Part shown: positions 28,797 through 38,584 of the stretch, one piece after another
Numbering within the stretch: position 1 is the first letter of the stretch
How the letters are laid out: every line of letters starts with the position of its first letter
Assembly (NCBI GenBank): GCA_963801165.1
Contig: CAWDDT010000006.1
Span: 1 to 64,000, forward strand
Source: an uncultured bacterium
Lineage (GTDB): Bacteria > Actinomycetota > Acidimicrobiia > Spongiisociales > UBA5794
Direction of reading: 5' to 3'
Length of the DNA stretch: 64,000 bases
Position numbers and translations under genes: made by a program
The notes under the pieces: generated by a model
What the model was told of the DNA's origin: nothing
The model's database searches: none
The model's input: the letters and a program-made list of their open reading frames with translations, nothing else

Positions 28797-29792
28797 ATGG
28801 AGCTTCGGTCAATCCACGAGCTTGTGGCACGAGCAACGGACCCGAGTTCAAATGAGACCCGGTGGCTCGGCTATGGAGCTACGCCATCCTCATGTCCCAC
28901 TACCGCTGCGGGTCCGGGTGAGTTGGTGGTGCCTTCATGCCCGGACAACGCAACGTGTCCTCTTGCGTTTGTTCTCAATGACGTGTTCTACACAGTGAGC
29001 TGTGCCGCAATCCGGGAGTGGGCGGTAGGCGATGACATGATCGGCAGCGGCGACTTCCACGGCGATAATGTCACGGTCCATCGCATTGACGGGGTCGACG
29101 ATTCGGTGATGGTCGCACTCAGCGTCCCGGGCGGTTTCTGTTCGGAGAACGACCCGGACGAACGCCACACCCCGTGGAGCATGGCATTTGCTGACGAGGC
29201 TGACGATGACCAACTCTCTAACGCACTGTGCGAAGTCGGTGAACTCTCCGCGGCACAGCGACTTGCCGACAGATGTCATCTCGGACAAGAACTCCTGACC
29301 TGCGGCTCAGGACCCGGGTTCCCACCCGACGTACTCGACGACTTGACCCTATACCCACAACCAACCAACAGCTTCGGCGCCGATATCGCCGCTCTCGTCG
29401 GCACAGACGACCCAAACGAACTTGTCGGCTGGCACGCGATCGTCGAGGAACAACAGAGCGATGGGAGCTACATCCAACTCCTACTTCGTGAAGACCCCAA
29501 CAGCGGCGAGCTGCAGTACCTACTCGACGGCAGCGCCGACACCTTCAGCGCCCGCGCTGATGCGAGCCCGAAACGCTCAACTAGTCCGATGACGCGATCG
29601 AACTATCGGGGGCGGTACATTTGTGCCCGATGGTCGATGCAGACGACTCGGAGGTACTGGTGGCTTGGTCGAGTTCGTAGACGATGCGATATGCGGCGAC
29701 TCGTGTCGAGCGAAGACCGGCTGTTTCGCCTCCAGGTGGTCTGCCGACCCGTTGTGGGCTGTCGAGTTGGGGGGTTGTCGCATTTGGCCTAG
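28797..29792 (+). CDS. Cys-containing acidic hypothetical protein; both ends probably damaged
   Basis: Acidic core to about 29560; 5' end overlaps the TA promoter, 3' end is antisense to the relE relic. Confidence 0.4.
   Translation: MELRSIHELVARATDPSSNETRWLGYGATPSSCPTTAAGPGELVVPSCPDNATCPLAFVLNDVFYTVSCAAIREWAVGDDMIGSGDFHGDNVTVHRIDGVDDSVMVALSVPGGFCSENDPDERHTPWSMAFADEADDDQLSNALCEVGELSAAQRLADRCHLGQELLTCGSGPGFPPDVLDDLTLYPQPTNSFGADIAALVGTDDPNELVGWHAIVEEQQSDGSYIQLLLREDPNSGELQYLLDGSADTFSARADASPKRSTSPMTRSNYRGRYICARWSMQTTRRYWWLGRVRRRCDMRRLVSSEDRLFRLQVVCRPVVGCRVGGLSHLA
29603..29766 (-). pseudogene. Third, diverged relE relic (frameshifted, 5'-truncated)
   Basis: LDSPQRVGRPPGGETAGLRSTRVAAYRIVYEL / LRVVCIDHRAQMYRPR*. 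Confidence 0.75.
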
Positions 29793-29847
29793 ACGATCAT
29801 CAGACCGCGCCGATGATCGGCGTCGACCAGCATGGCGGGGCAGCGTC

Positions 29848-31260
29848 TCAGGGTTCGAGGCACTCGGTGAGTAGTCGGACGGCGGCTGGGATGTCGGCGG
29901 TCTCGAGGGCTCCGAAGCCGAGGATGATTCCTGGCTGTGGCTCGGTGGTTCGATAGGTCCGGCGGAGTGTCGAGACGGATAGGTCGCGTTCGGCTGTGCG
30001 TGAGACAATTTCGTTGTCGGTGGGGGCGTTGGGTGCGCGAAGGGTGAGATGGAGACCGGCGTGTCCTGGTAGCACCGTGACCGATTTGGGAGCCTGGCGG
30101 TGTAGTTCGTGTCGCAGTCGATGGTGCCGTTCGGTGTAGACGCGTCGCGCCCGGCGTAAATGACCGTGGAGGTGGCCTTCGGCGATGAAGATGGCCATGG
30201 CGGCGTCGATGAGGTGGGGTGGACCGAAGTCGGTTGCTTGTCGAACGGCGAGCAGTGTCGGCACGAGCGGGCGGGGTGCGACCATGAAACCGAGGCGCAG
30301 GGTGGGGCTGAGTATCTTGCTGAAAGTACCGATGTAAATGACGCGGCCGGTCTGGTCGATGCGGTGGAGCGGTTCGAGGGGTCTCTGCCCATGACGGAAT
30401 TCACTGTCGTAGTCGTCCTCGATGATGACAGCGTCGTTCGTAGCTGCCCACTCGAGAAGTGCAAGCCGGCGTTTGCGAGCGAGCACATGGCCTAGCGGGT
30501 ATTGGTGCGACGGGGTGACGTAAACGAGTTTCGCCCCGGCTGGGAGCTCATCGACGACAAGTCCGTCTCGGTCGACGGGCACGCCGGCGACCACGATGCC
30601 GTGGCTCTCGAGGTTGGTGGCAGCGGGCGGGTAGCCGGGTTCTTCGACTGCTGCGATGTCGCCGGGGCGAAGCAACGTACGGGCGAGCAGGTCGAGGGCT
30701 TGGGTGGCGCCTTGGGTGGCGATGATCTGGTCGGGTGAGGCCACAACTCCACGTGACTGGGTGATCCAGCGAGCAAGCTCTTTGCGGAGTTGGGCGCTTC
30801 CGGCGAGATCGCAGTACTCGGCGAGCCCCTTCCTGTCGACTAGCGCCGCCCGTACGCAACGTCGCCAGGCAGAGAGCGGGAACAGGCTGGCATCGACGTG
30901 TCCGGGGGTCATGTCGTAGCGGAAGTCGGTCATGACACCGGTGCCGTACCGCTGCAATCTGGCCGCTGTCGGTGTTGGACGCACGGCGGTGACGTCGTCC
31001 TGGGGGACGGTCGGTGTGGTCTGCGTTGCGTCGATCACGGTGCCCCCGCCCCGCCGACCGTGGGCGTATCCCTCAGCGACGAGCCGCCCGTAGGCGTCTG
31101 CCACGGTGGCTCGGGAGATGCCGAGCTCCTGGGCGAGGACACGGGTGGGTGTGAGCCGATAGCCGGAGGGAAGCGCACCTTCGGCGATGGCGTCGCGGAG
31201 TTGTTCGTAGATCTGGACGACCATGCTCCGCTCGTCGTCTGGTTTGAGGATCACATCCAA
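29848..31260 (-). CDS. MocR/GabR family regulator (GntR HTH + PLP aminotransferase domain)
   Basis: TRVLAQELGISRATVADAY, YVTPSHQYPLG, IIEDDYDSEF, GTFSK. Confidence 0.93.
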   Translation of the reverse strand: MDVILKPDDERSMVVQIYEQLRDAIAEGALPSGYRLTPTRVLAQELGISRATVADAYGRLVAEGYAHGRRGGGTVIDATQTTPTVPQDDVTAVRPTPTAARLQRYGTGVMTDFRYDMTPGHVDASLFPLSAWRRCVRAALVDRKGLAEYCDLAGSAQLRKELARWITQSRGVVASPDQIIATQGATQALDLLARTLLRPGDIAAVEEPGYPPAATNLESHGIVVAGVPVDRDGLVVDELPAGAKLVYVTPSHQYPLGHVLARKRRLALLEWAATNDAVIIEDDYDSEFRHGQRPLEPLHRIDQTGRVIYIGTFSKILSPTLRLGFMVAPRPLVPTLLAVRQATDFGPPHLIDAAMAIFIAEGHLHGHLRRARRVYTERHHRLRHELHRQAPKSVTVLPGHAGLHLTLRAPNAPTDNEIVSRTAERDLSVSTLRRTYRTTEPQPGIILGFGALETADIPAAVRLLTECLEP

Positions 31261-31276
31261 TGCGTTGCCTGTCTGA

Positions 31277-31325
31277 TTTGGACTGGTCGGATTATGCCAG
31301 TTTGGCCGTTGTCGTGTAGTCCAAA
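31277..31325. promoter_or_regulatory. Candidate MocR-type binding site
   Basis: TTTGGACT...AGTCCAAA inverted repeat in the divergent gap. Confidence 0.5.
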
Positions 31326-31447
31326 GAGACCTAGCGTCGGAGACTGGGAAGGAAATGACGAACCTGGTGTCGATCCAAGCGCATCTCGTCCGAGCATGAG
31401 AGTGAGGGCCGCACCAAGGCGGTTGCACCAAAGAAAGGAGCGCGCAT

Positions 31448-31996
31448 ATGCGCAGGATCAAGTCCAACTTCTTCATTTCCCTCGACGGGGTTGTCGAATC
31501 GCCCGACAAGTGGCATTTCCCGTACTTCGACGACGAGATGGGAAACGCCGTCGGCGCCGGATTCGCCACCACCGACGCCATCCTCATGGGTCGAGTCCTC
31601 TACCACGAGTGGGCGGCGTACTGGCCCGACCACGCCAATGAGCCGTTTGGCGACGTGATGAACTCGATGAAGAAGTATGTGATCTCCGACAGCCTGAAGA
31701 AGGCCGAGTGGCAGAACACCGAGATCATCAGCGGAGATGTCGCCGGGAAACTCGCCGCGATCAAGGCCGAGGATGGTGGCGATATCACGATGTCGGGGAG
31801 TGCCACGACGGTGCGTCGGCTGCTGCGCCACGGTCTCGTCGACGAACTCAACCTACTCGTCCACCCGCTCGTCGTCGGTGGGGGTCTTGCCCGGCTCTTC
31901 CCACCAGACGAGGAAAGCCTCCCGCTGAAGCTGGCGAACGCCGAGACCTTCGAGAGCGGGGTGCTGAACCTCACCTACGTCCGCGACAACAACTGA
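31448..31996 (+). CDS. DHFR/RibD-C family protein (copy 3)
   Basis: FISLDGVVE, LMGRVLY, GSATTVRRLLRHGLVDEL. Confidence 0.92.
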   Translation: MRRIKSNFFISLDGVVESPDKWHFPYFDDEMGNAVGAGFATTDAILMGRVLYHEWAAYWPDHANEPFGDVMNSMKKYVISDSLKKAEWQNTEIISGDVAGKLAAIKAEDGGDITMSGSATTVRRLLRHGLVDELNLLVHPLVVGGGLARLFPPDEESLPLKLANAETFESGVLNLTYVRDNN

Positions 31997-32117
31997 TGGA
32001 ATACGGATGGCGGGGTATCCAAATGCTCGGGATCGGGTACCGAGTTGGTCGCCCCAACTCCAGCCAGCTTTGTACGGGATTGCATCGCGGCGGAGGGAAG
32101 GTGATTGGAGGTATGCG

Positions 32118-32504
32118 ATGAAGCGATTCGATGAGTTTCTCGACATGTGGCTCCGGGCGGAACGCAGCGGTGATGCCGAGACGACCGCGTGGCTGTTGAC
32201 CGACGACTTTGTTGGTATCGGGCCGCTTGGCTTTCAGCTCCCCAAGACGGCGTGGGTTGGACGCTTTGCCGGCGGCCTGCACTACGACGGGCTGGACCTC
32301 GATGAGGTGGCGACTCGGTTCCACGGAAACTGCTCGATCACGACTGCGCGCTGGAACGCCAAGGGCACGTCACAAGGGCGGCCGATTCCGGAAGCGGCGC
32401 GGGTCACACTGGTCGGTGTCGACGTTGACGGGTGGAAGGTCGCCGCCGTTCATTTGAGCTTCATCGCCGGGACCCCGGGTGCTCCGGCGATGGGTCCATC
32501 ATGA
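32118..32504 (+). CDS. NTF2-like (DUF4440-type) protein
   Basis: LLTDDFVGIGPLGFQL, WKVAAVHLS. Confidence 0.8.
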   Translation: MKRFDEFLDMWLRAERSGDAETTAWLLTDDFVGIGPLGFQLPKTAWVGRFAGGLHYDGLDLDEVATRFHGNCSITTARWNAKGTSQGRPIPEAARVTLVGVDVDGWKVAAVHLSFIAGTPGAPAMGPS

Positions 32505-33046
32505 CCGGACGGGTTGGCGTGGAGACGCCGCCCCGCACGGACCGATCCGCCTGGCGTCTGCGCCGGAGGACACGGCTGTGGGTACTGACGACCCACATCG
32601 TCCTGTCGGTCGGGTTGTTGGGTGATGCCGCCGGGTTCCTGGCGGTCGCCATCCGTCACGTGACGTCGAACGATTCGGCGTTCGTGGCTTCGACGCTCGA
32701 CCTGTTGGGCATGTTCGCCCTCTATTTCGGTATCCCGCTGAGCTTCTTGGCGCTGCTGACCGGCTTGCTCCTCGGGTTGGGCACGAGATGGGGCGTTCTT
32801 CGCTACCCGTGGGTCGTTACCAAGCTCATTCTGATCACGACGGTGATCCTGGTCGGGGCGATTGTGCTGCGGCCGCTGCTTTTCGGCAACGACGTCAACG
32901 ACACGGCCCTCATAGTTGGTGCCGGCTACGACGTTGCCGCGTTGGCGACCGCCACGGGCCTGGCGGTGTTCAAGCCGGGGCGTCGGTTCGGGTCGGCGAC
33001 GACCGAACGTGAAGCGACGAGGCGAAGGGAGGGTGACGTTGATTAG
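32501..33046 (+). CDS. 4-TM membrane protein (DUF2269-like)
   Basis: HIVLSVGLLG, TRWGVLRYPWVVTKL, LAVFKP. Confidence 0.75.
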   Translation: MTGRVGVETPPRTDRSAWRLRRRTRLWVLTTHIVLSVGLLGDAAGFLAVAIRHVTSNDSAFVASTLDLLGMFALYFGIPLSFLALLTGLLLGLGTRWGVLRYPWVVTKLILITTVILVGAIVLRPLLFGNDVNDTALIVGAGYDVAALATATGLAVFKPGRRFGSATTEREATRRREGDVD

Positions 33047-33350
33047 CCGAGACCGCTCCGCACGTCGGCCCGCGCAAGGTGACGTGGCGTTGCTTCAGAC
33101 GCCGTTGGCGCAGCAGCTTCGCACCAGCACGATTCCGGCGCGGCTGGCGTATATCACCAGGTCCGGCGAGCCCAGAATCGTGCCATCGTGGTTCCACTGG
33201 GACGGAGCCAGAGTCGTGACGGCGACGTGGATCGCCGGGCCTCACGTGCGGCACCCGGCCCGCCGGATCCAGGACCTCGCCGCCAACCCGACGGCGGCCG
33301 TCAAGATCGACACCGAAGCTCGGCCGCCGCAGTCGCTGCGAATGCGGGGC
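33033..33350 (+). pseudogene. Pyridoxamine-5'-phosphate oxidase-like (PPOX class) protein, 3'-truncated
   Basis: STIPARLAYITRSGEPRIVPSWFHWDG, LAANPTAAVKID; similarity ends near 33350. Confidence 0.7.
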
Positions 33351-33390
33351 GGGCGACCAAGGGAACTGACCGGATACATGGATGGAGGCG

Positions 33391-33831
33391 ATGAGCATGG
33401 ATTTCAAGTTGGAACTCGTGATGCTGCCGGTTTCGGACGTCGATCGCGCCAAAGACTTCTACACGAACACGCTGGGGTTCAAGCTCGAAGTCGACGGTGG
33501 CGCCAACGAGGGTGCGCGGAACGTGCAGGTGACTCCACCGGGATCGGCGTGCTCGGTCGGCTTTGGGAGCAGCCTGAGCCTCGACAGCGGCCCACTGATC
33601 ACCGCACCTCCCGGATCGCAGCGAGGGCTGCATCTGGCGGTAGCGGACATCGTCGCTGCCCGGGACGAGCTGGTCGGGCGGGGCGTCGGGGTGGGTGAGA
33701 TCGTCCACATGGAAGACGGTCGCTGGCGGCCGGGAGTGGACCCGGGAAGGAGCAGCTACATGTCGTTCGCCGAGTTCACCGACCCGGACGGCAACCTATG
33801 GCTCTTGCAGGAGATCGGACATGACGCGTAG
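33391..33831 (+). CDS. VOC/glyoxalase family protein
   Basis: VSDVDRAKDFY, VQVTPPGSACSV, FTDPDGNLWLLQE. Confidence 0.92.
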   Translation: MSMDFKLELVMLPVSDVDRAKDFYTNTLGFKLEVDGGANEGARNVQVTPPGSACSVGFGSSLSLDSGPLITAPPGSQRGLHLAVADIVAARDELVGRGVGVGEIVHMEDGRWRPGVDPGRSSYMSFAEFTDPDGNLWLLQEIGHDA

Positions 33832-35314
33832 CAGGGGCGCCCAAATGACAGGGGCGCCGACCTCCCCGAGTAGCGACATCAGCGTCGTTTCGTGGCGCGC
33901 CTTCGACGCGACGCTCCGAGGCCGGGTCGTTCTATCGGATGACGCCGATTTCGACCAGGTGCGAAAGGGGCCGATCGCTAGGTTCGACAATGTCTTGCCG
34001 GCGGCAATCGTCCTGTGTCGGTCGGCGGAAGACGTGGCAGCTGCCGTCTCATTCGCCGGCCGCTCGGGGATCGCCCCCACGGTCCGTAGCGGTGGCCACT
34101 CCTTTGCGGGGTATTCCACCGGTTCAGGGATGGTCATCGACGTTAGCCCCATGCGGTCCATCTCCGTCGTCGGCGGGGTGGCCACCGTCGGCGCCGGTGC
34201 CCGGCTCGGCGAGGTCTACGACGCGATGGATCAACGTTCGCTTACGATTCCCGCCGGTTGTGGGCCCACCGTCGGGATCGCCGGTCTGACGCTCGGCGGG
34301 GGACTGGGGATTCTCGGTCGCAGCCACGGACTCACCGCAGACAGCCTGATCGGCGCCGAGGTGGTTATGGCCGACGCACGTATCGTCACCTGCGACTCCG
34401 ACCACGAGCCCGATCTGTTCTGGGCGCTGCGCGGCGCGGGCGCGTGTGGCTTTGGGGTGGTGACGTCCCTGGTGTTCCGCACCATGCCCGCGCCCCACGT
34501 GACCTGCTTCCATCTCACGTGGCCACCGAGTGAGCTGAGCAATGTTGTAGACGTCTGGCAGGGTTGGGCGCCAACAGCGCCCGACGCGCTGGCTGCCAGT
34601 CTCCTCGTCACCGCCGCCGGAGACGCGGCGCCAAGTGTCAACGTCTTTGGGGCGATGGTCGGCAACGAGTCGGCGACCGATCGGCTCCTCGCAGGCCTGG
34701 CGGACAGGATGGGTGGCGACCCGGAGACCTCGTTTCGCGAGGAGATGCCCTATCGCGATGCCAAGAGGTATCTGGCCGCGTTGGGGGAGCGATTTGACGA
34801 CGGATGGACGGGCGAGATGTCGGCACCGGGTCACAGCTATAGCAAGTCGGAGTACTTCCGGCGGCCCCTCGCCAGAGAGGCGATCGACGGGCTCATCGAG
34901 AGGCTGACCAGGGCGACGGCATCTGGTCAGGTGCGTCAACTCGACTTCACACCCTGGGGTGGCGCCTATAACCGTCTCCGATCGGATGCCACCGCCTTTC
35001 CGCATCGAGAAGAGCTCTTCTTGCTCAAACACGAGCTGATCGTCGACCCGACCCAACCCGATTCGACGACAGACGCCGGCGCCCACTGGCTCCAGAAATC
35101 CTGGGAGACGGTGCATCCGTGGGGATCCGGCGGCGTCTATCCGAACTTCCCCGACCCCGATCTGGTGGACGAGGGCCACACCTACTTCCAGGACAACTTC
35201 GAGCGGCTGGTCTCACTGAAGACCAAGTATGACCCTGCCAACGTCTTTCGATCAGCGCTGGCAACGACGACCTCCGCCGTCCAACACCGTCGCCGCGCCG
35301 ATCACGCCACATAG
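33821..35314 (+). CDS. FAD-binding oxidoreductase (BBE/VAO family)
   Basis: RSGGHS covalent-FAD motif, GCGPTVGIAGLTLGGG, DLFWALRG, YPNF, KTKYDPANVF. Confidence 0.92.
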   Translation: MTRSRGAQMTGAPTSPSSDISVVSWRAFDATLRGRVVLSDDADFDQVRKGPIARFDNVLPAAIVLCRSAEDVAAAVSFAGRSGIAPTVRSGGHSFAGYSTGSGMVIDVSPMRSISVVGGVATVGAGARLGEVYDAMDQRSLTIPAGCGPTVGIAGLTLGGGLGILGRSHGLTADSLIGAEVVMADARIVTCDSDHEPDLFWALRGAGACGFGVVTSLVFRTMPAPHVTCFHLTWPPSELSNVVDVWQGWAPTAPDALAASLLVTAAGDAAPSVNVFGAMVGNESATDRLLAGLADRMGGDPETSFREEMPYRDAKRYLAALGERFDDGWTGEMSAPGHSYSKSEYFRRPLAREAIDGLIERLTRATASGQVRQLDFTPWGGAYNRLRSDATAFPHREELFLLKHELIVDPTQPDSTTDAGAHWLQKSWETVHPWGSGGVYPNFPDPDLVDEGHTYFQDNFERLVSLKTKYDPANVFRSALATTTSAVQHRRRADHAT

Positions 35315-35350
35315 CCCGGGCCTCGAGCCTGGAACCTAGGAGGTTTGGAG

Positions 35351-36235
35351 ATGAAGATATCGATCAGTGTCACCAACTACTCGTGGAACGGGGCCGGCGC
35401 GAGTCTCGTCTCGCAGCTCGACGCGATCGCAATCGCTGCCGACGTTGCGGGTGTCGACACCCTCTGGGTGGCCGATCATCTGGTCCAGGCCGACCCGGGC
35501 GCCAGCCTGGATGAGCCGATGCTCGAGGCATATACCACTCTGGGCTATCTCGCCGCCCGAACGTCGAGATTGAACCTGGGGACGATGGTCACGTGGGCGG
35601 GTATCCGCCCCGCCGCATTGCTGGTGAAGGCGGTCACGACCCTGGTCGTCTTGTCGAGGGGTCGTGGATGGCTGGGGCTGGGAGCGGGCTACCGGGATGA
35701 CGAGGCGAAGATGATGGGTCTGCCGTTTGGGTCCACCCGCGAGCGTTTCGAAGTCCTCGAAGACACCATCGAACTGGCCAAACAGATGTGGGCCGGCGAC
35801 GAGGCTGAGTTCGCGGGCCGGCAGGTCCACGTTGAGCGTCCCATCTCACATCCGGAACCGGTCAGCCCGCCCCGGATACTGATCGGAGGGATGGGGGAGA
35901 AGCGGACCCTGCCGCTCGTGGCCCGTCACGCCGACGCCTGCAACCTGTTCGACATCCCCGACGAAGGCAAGACCATCCGACACAAGATCGCCGTCCTCAA
36001 CGATGTCTGTCGTGAAATCGGCCGCAACCCTGCAGAGATCGAAGCCACCGTCAGTGCCCGCCTCGAACCCTCCGAGTCGGTCTCCAGCCTGGTCGACCGA
36101 TGCGTCGACTTTGCTGACTGGGGCATCGATCACGTCGTGCTCATCACCACCGGACCGTGGGACGCCGACCGGGTCGCCACAGTCGGTAACGCAATCCAGA
36201 CGATCACCGACCTGGGCTCTGGAGGACGCCGATGA
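35351..36235 (+). CDS. LLM-class (probably F420-dependent) oxidoreductase
   Basis: LWVADHL, LEAYTTLGYLAA, LIGGMGEKRTL, HADACN. Confidence 0.9.
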   Translation: MKISISVTNYSWNGAGASLVSQLDAIAIAADVAGVDTLWVADHLVQADPGASLDEPMLEAYTTLGYLAARTSRLNLGTMVTWAGIRPAALLVKAVTTLVVLSRGRGWLGLGAGYRDDEAKMMGLPFGSTRERFEVLEDTIELAKQMWAGDEAEFAGRQVHVERPISHPEPVSPPRILIGGMGEKRTLPLVARHADACNLFDIPDEGKTIRHKIAVLNDVCREIGRNPAEIEATVSARLEPSESVSSLVDRCVDFADWGIDHVVLITTGPWDADRVATVGNAIQTITDLGSGGRR

Positions 36236-36368
36236 TGCCAGGCGATTTACGCGACAACCGTGCCCGCGCCCCGACTGGCCGATCAGTGGCGATTCGTTGC
36301 CCCGACCGTCCGATAGCAGCCCGCCCATCCCCGAAAACCAGTCGGAAACCGACTAGGAGAAGCCGCCA

Positions 36369-36914
36369 ATGCGCAAGATCATCAGCTTCACCCACGCCAC
36401 CGCCGACGGCTACATCGATCGCCCCCATGAGTGGGAGCGCTCCAACGAGGAACTGCAGGACTACATACTGAAGATGCACCTCGACGCCGACGCCCTGCTG
36501 CTCGGCCGAATCACCCACGAAGGCATGGCACAAGCCTGGCCCAACAGACACGGTGACCCATTCTCCGACCACGTCAACTCGATGACCAAGTACGTCGTCG
36601 CGTCCCAGCCGGTCGACACCACGGCATGGGAACCGAGCGTGGTCATCGCCGGAGCCGACCTGCTCGACGAGGTCAGCCGCCTGAAGCAGGCCGATGGCGG
36701 TGACATCGTCATCTGGGGCACGGGACAGCTCACCGATGCCCTCGCCGAGGCTGGTCTGCTCGACGAGTATCGAATCTGCACCGCCCCGGTCATCAAAGGG
36801 GGAGGCGAGCCCCTGTTTCGCCCCGCCAGCGCCGGCGCTCTCGAGCTCCTGGACACCAAGGTCGTTGCCACCGGAGCCGTCGTTCACACCTACCACCCTA
36901 TCTCAGCCCAATGA
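36369..36914 (+). CDS. DHFR/RibD-C family protein (copy 4)
   Basis: HATADGYID, LLLGRITH, WGTGQLTDALAEAGLLDEY. Confidence 0.92.
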   Translation: MRKIISFTHATADGYIDRPHEWERSNEELQDYILKMHLDADALLLGRITHEGMAQAWPNRHGDPFSDHVNSMTKYVVASQPVDTTAWEPSVVIAGADLLDEVSRLKQADGGDIVIWGTGQLTDALAEAGLLDEYRICTAPVIKGGGEPLFRPASAGALELLDTKVVATGAVVHTYHPISAQ

Positions 36915-37076
36915 CCAGCGACTTCGAGCCGACGGCTCGGCAGCGACAACGAGGAGACACGCCATGAACACCTACCTACCGGCGAGACGGTGATCAAGGC
37001 GACCCGAAGGCCACGATCGTCACCCTCTCGATGTCCTGCTTGCAGCTAAGAACGTGACCGTCACTGGAGGAATGCG

Positions 37077-37679
37077 ATGAGTGAACTGATAGTCGACTTT
37101 ATTACCTCGCTCGACGGGTATGCATCGGCGGATGGCTGGCCGGGATGGTGGGGTGTCGCATCCCCCGAGTACCTCGGATGGCTCGGTGAGCAGCCCGAAG
37201 CCACGCTCTTGATGGGCGCCACCACTTACCGTCTCATGTCGGGCATGGCAGAAGGTCGGAACCCGGACGGCACCGACGGGTTTTCTGACGATGAGCAGGC
37301 GGCGATCGACGGGCTAACTCGAGCTTCGAAGGTCGTGTTCTCGTCCACTCTCGATGAGCCGTTGTCGTGGCCAAACAGCACGCTGGTACGGGGCGACGCA
37401 GTGGATGCCGTGCGGGCCATGAAAGAGGACGGCTCAGGTCTGTTGACCACGATCGGCAGTGTCAGCCTGTGCCGGTCACTCGTCACGGCCGGTCTCGTCG
37501 ACCGATTCCGGGTCGTGATATTCCCCGTCATCACCGGCGCCACCGGAGCGGAACGCATCTACGACGGCTACTCCGATATCGCGCTCGAGATGACGCAGAG
37601 CCGCACTTTCGAGGGTGGCCTCCAGATGGTCGAGTACCGACCCCGCGTTCTCGAGCACCCGCCGCTCTACGCCCCATGA
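37077..37679 (+). CDS. DHFR/RibD-C family protein (copy 5)
   Basis: FITSLDGYAS, LMGATTY, GSVSLCRSLVTAGLVDRF. Confidence 0.92.
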   Translation: MSELIVDFITSLDGYASADGWPGWWGVASPEYLGWLGEQPEATLLMGATTYRLMSGMAEGRNPDGTDGFSDDEQAAIDGLTRASKVVFSSTLDEPLSWPNSTLVRGDAVDAVRAMKEDGSGLLTTIGSVSLCRSLVTAGLVDRFRVVIFPVITGATGAERIYDGYSDIALEMTQSRTFEGGLQMVEYRPRVLEHPPLYAP

Positions 37680-37772
37680 CCTGTGTTTCCCGGTGGATAA
37701 TGACGTCCGAACCAACGTTGCCTGAGCGCGATTGCCGTGGATCGTTCAGGCTGAGGTGAGAGGGATCCGGGT

Positions 37773-38579
37773 ATGACCAGGCCGTTCCGATTCGGGGTCG
37801 TTGCCCCGCTGGTAACCGACATGGCGTCGTGGCGGGACCGGCTACGCCGCGTCGCCGACTCCGGCTACGCGACGTTGCTGATGCCTGACGTGCCGCAATG
37901 GCAGCCGGCGCCCGGCCCCACGCTGGCATACGCAGCGGCGCTCGCCGATCTGAAGGTGGGTACCTGGGTTTATGCCTCCCCATTGCGGCCGGCGTGGAGC
38001 ACTGCGTGGGAAGCACATTCGCTGTCGGTACTCACCGACGGGCGTTTCGAGATGGGAATCGGTACCGGCCGGCCAGGAATCGAAGACGAACTCCGCGAAC
38101 TGGGCTTGCCCGTGGTCCCGCCCAGCGAGCGGCTGGCATCGGTGCGTGACACCGTGACGGCTCTGCGGGATCTGGATGGTCCCGACCTTCACACGCCGGT
38201 GGTGATGGCCGTGCGGGGACCGAAGGCCCGGGCGCTGGCGGCCGAACTCGCAGATACGGTCACGTTCGCACTGATGCCGGATGAATCCCGGGCCATGGTG
38301 GCGCGGCTGGCATCGGACTTCCGTGCCGTCGCGGACGTCGAACTAGCACTCCATGTGCCGGTCATAGGCGACGCCGTCGCGCCTTTCATGGCGCCCCCGG
38401 ACACGGATCCAGCGGCGCTTCGGGCCTGGGACTCGCTCGCAGTACTTCCCGATGACCCGGCCGCGGCCGCCGAGGAAATCCAACGGCGACGAGAGGAGAT
38501 CGGCTTTTCCTACTTCGTGTTCGGCGCCGACTTCGCCGACGCGTTCGCACCGGTCGTCGCTCGGCTGGCCGGTAACTAA
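37773..38579 (+). CDS. LLM-class oxidoreductase
   Basis: PFRFGV, LSVLTDGRFEMGIGTG, RRREEIGFSY. Confidence 0.85.
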   Translation: MTRPFRFGVVAPLVTDMASWRDRLRRVADSGYATLLMPDVPQWQPAPGPTLAYAAALADLKVGTWVYASPLRPAWSTAWEAHSLSVLTDGRFEMGIGTGRPGIEDELRELGLPVVPPSERLASVRDTVTALRDLDGPDLHTPVVMAVRGPKARALAAELADTVTFALMPDESRAMVARLASDFRAVADVELALHVPVIGDAVAPFMAPPDTDPAALRAWDSLAVLPDDPAAAAEEIQRRREEIGFSYFVFGADFADAFAPVVARLAGN

Positions 38580-38584
38580 GCCGG

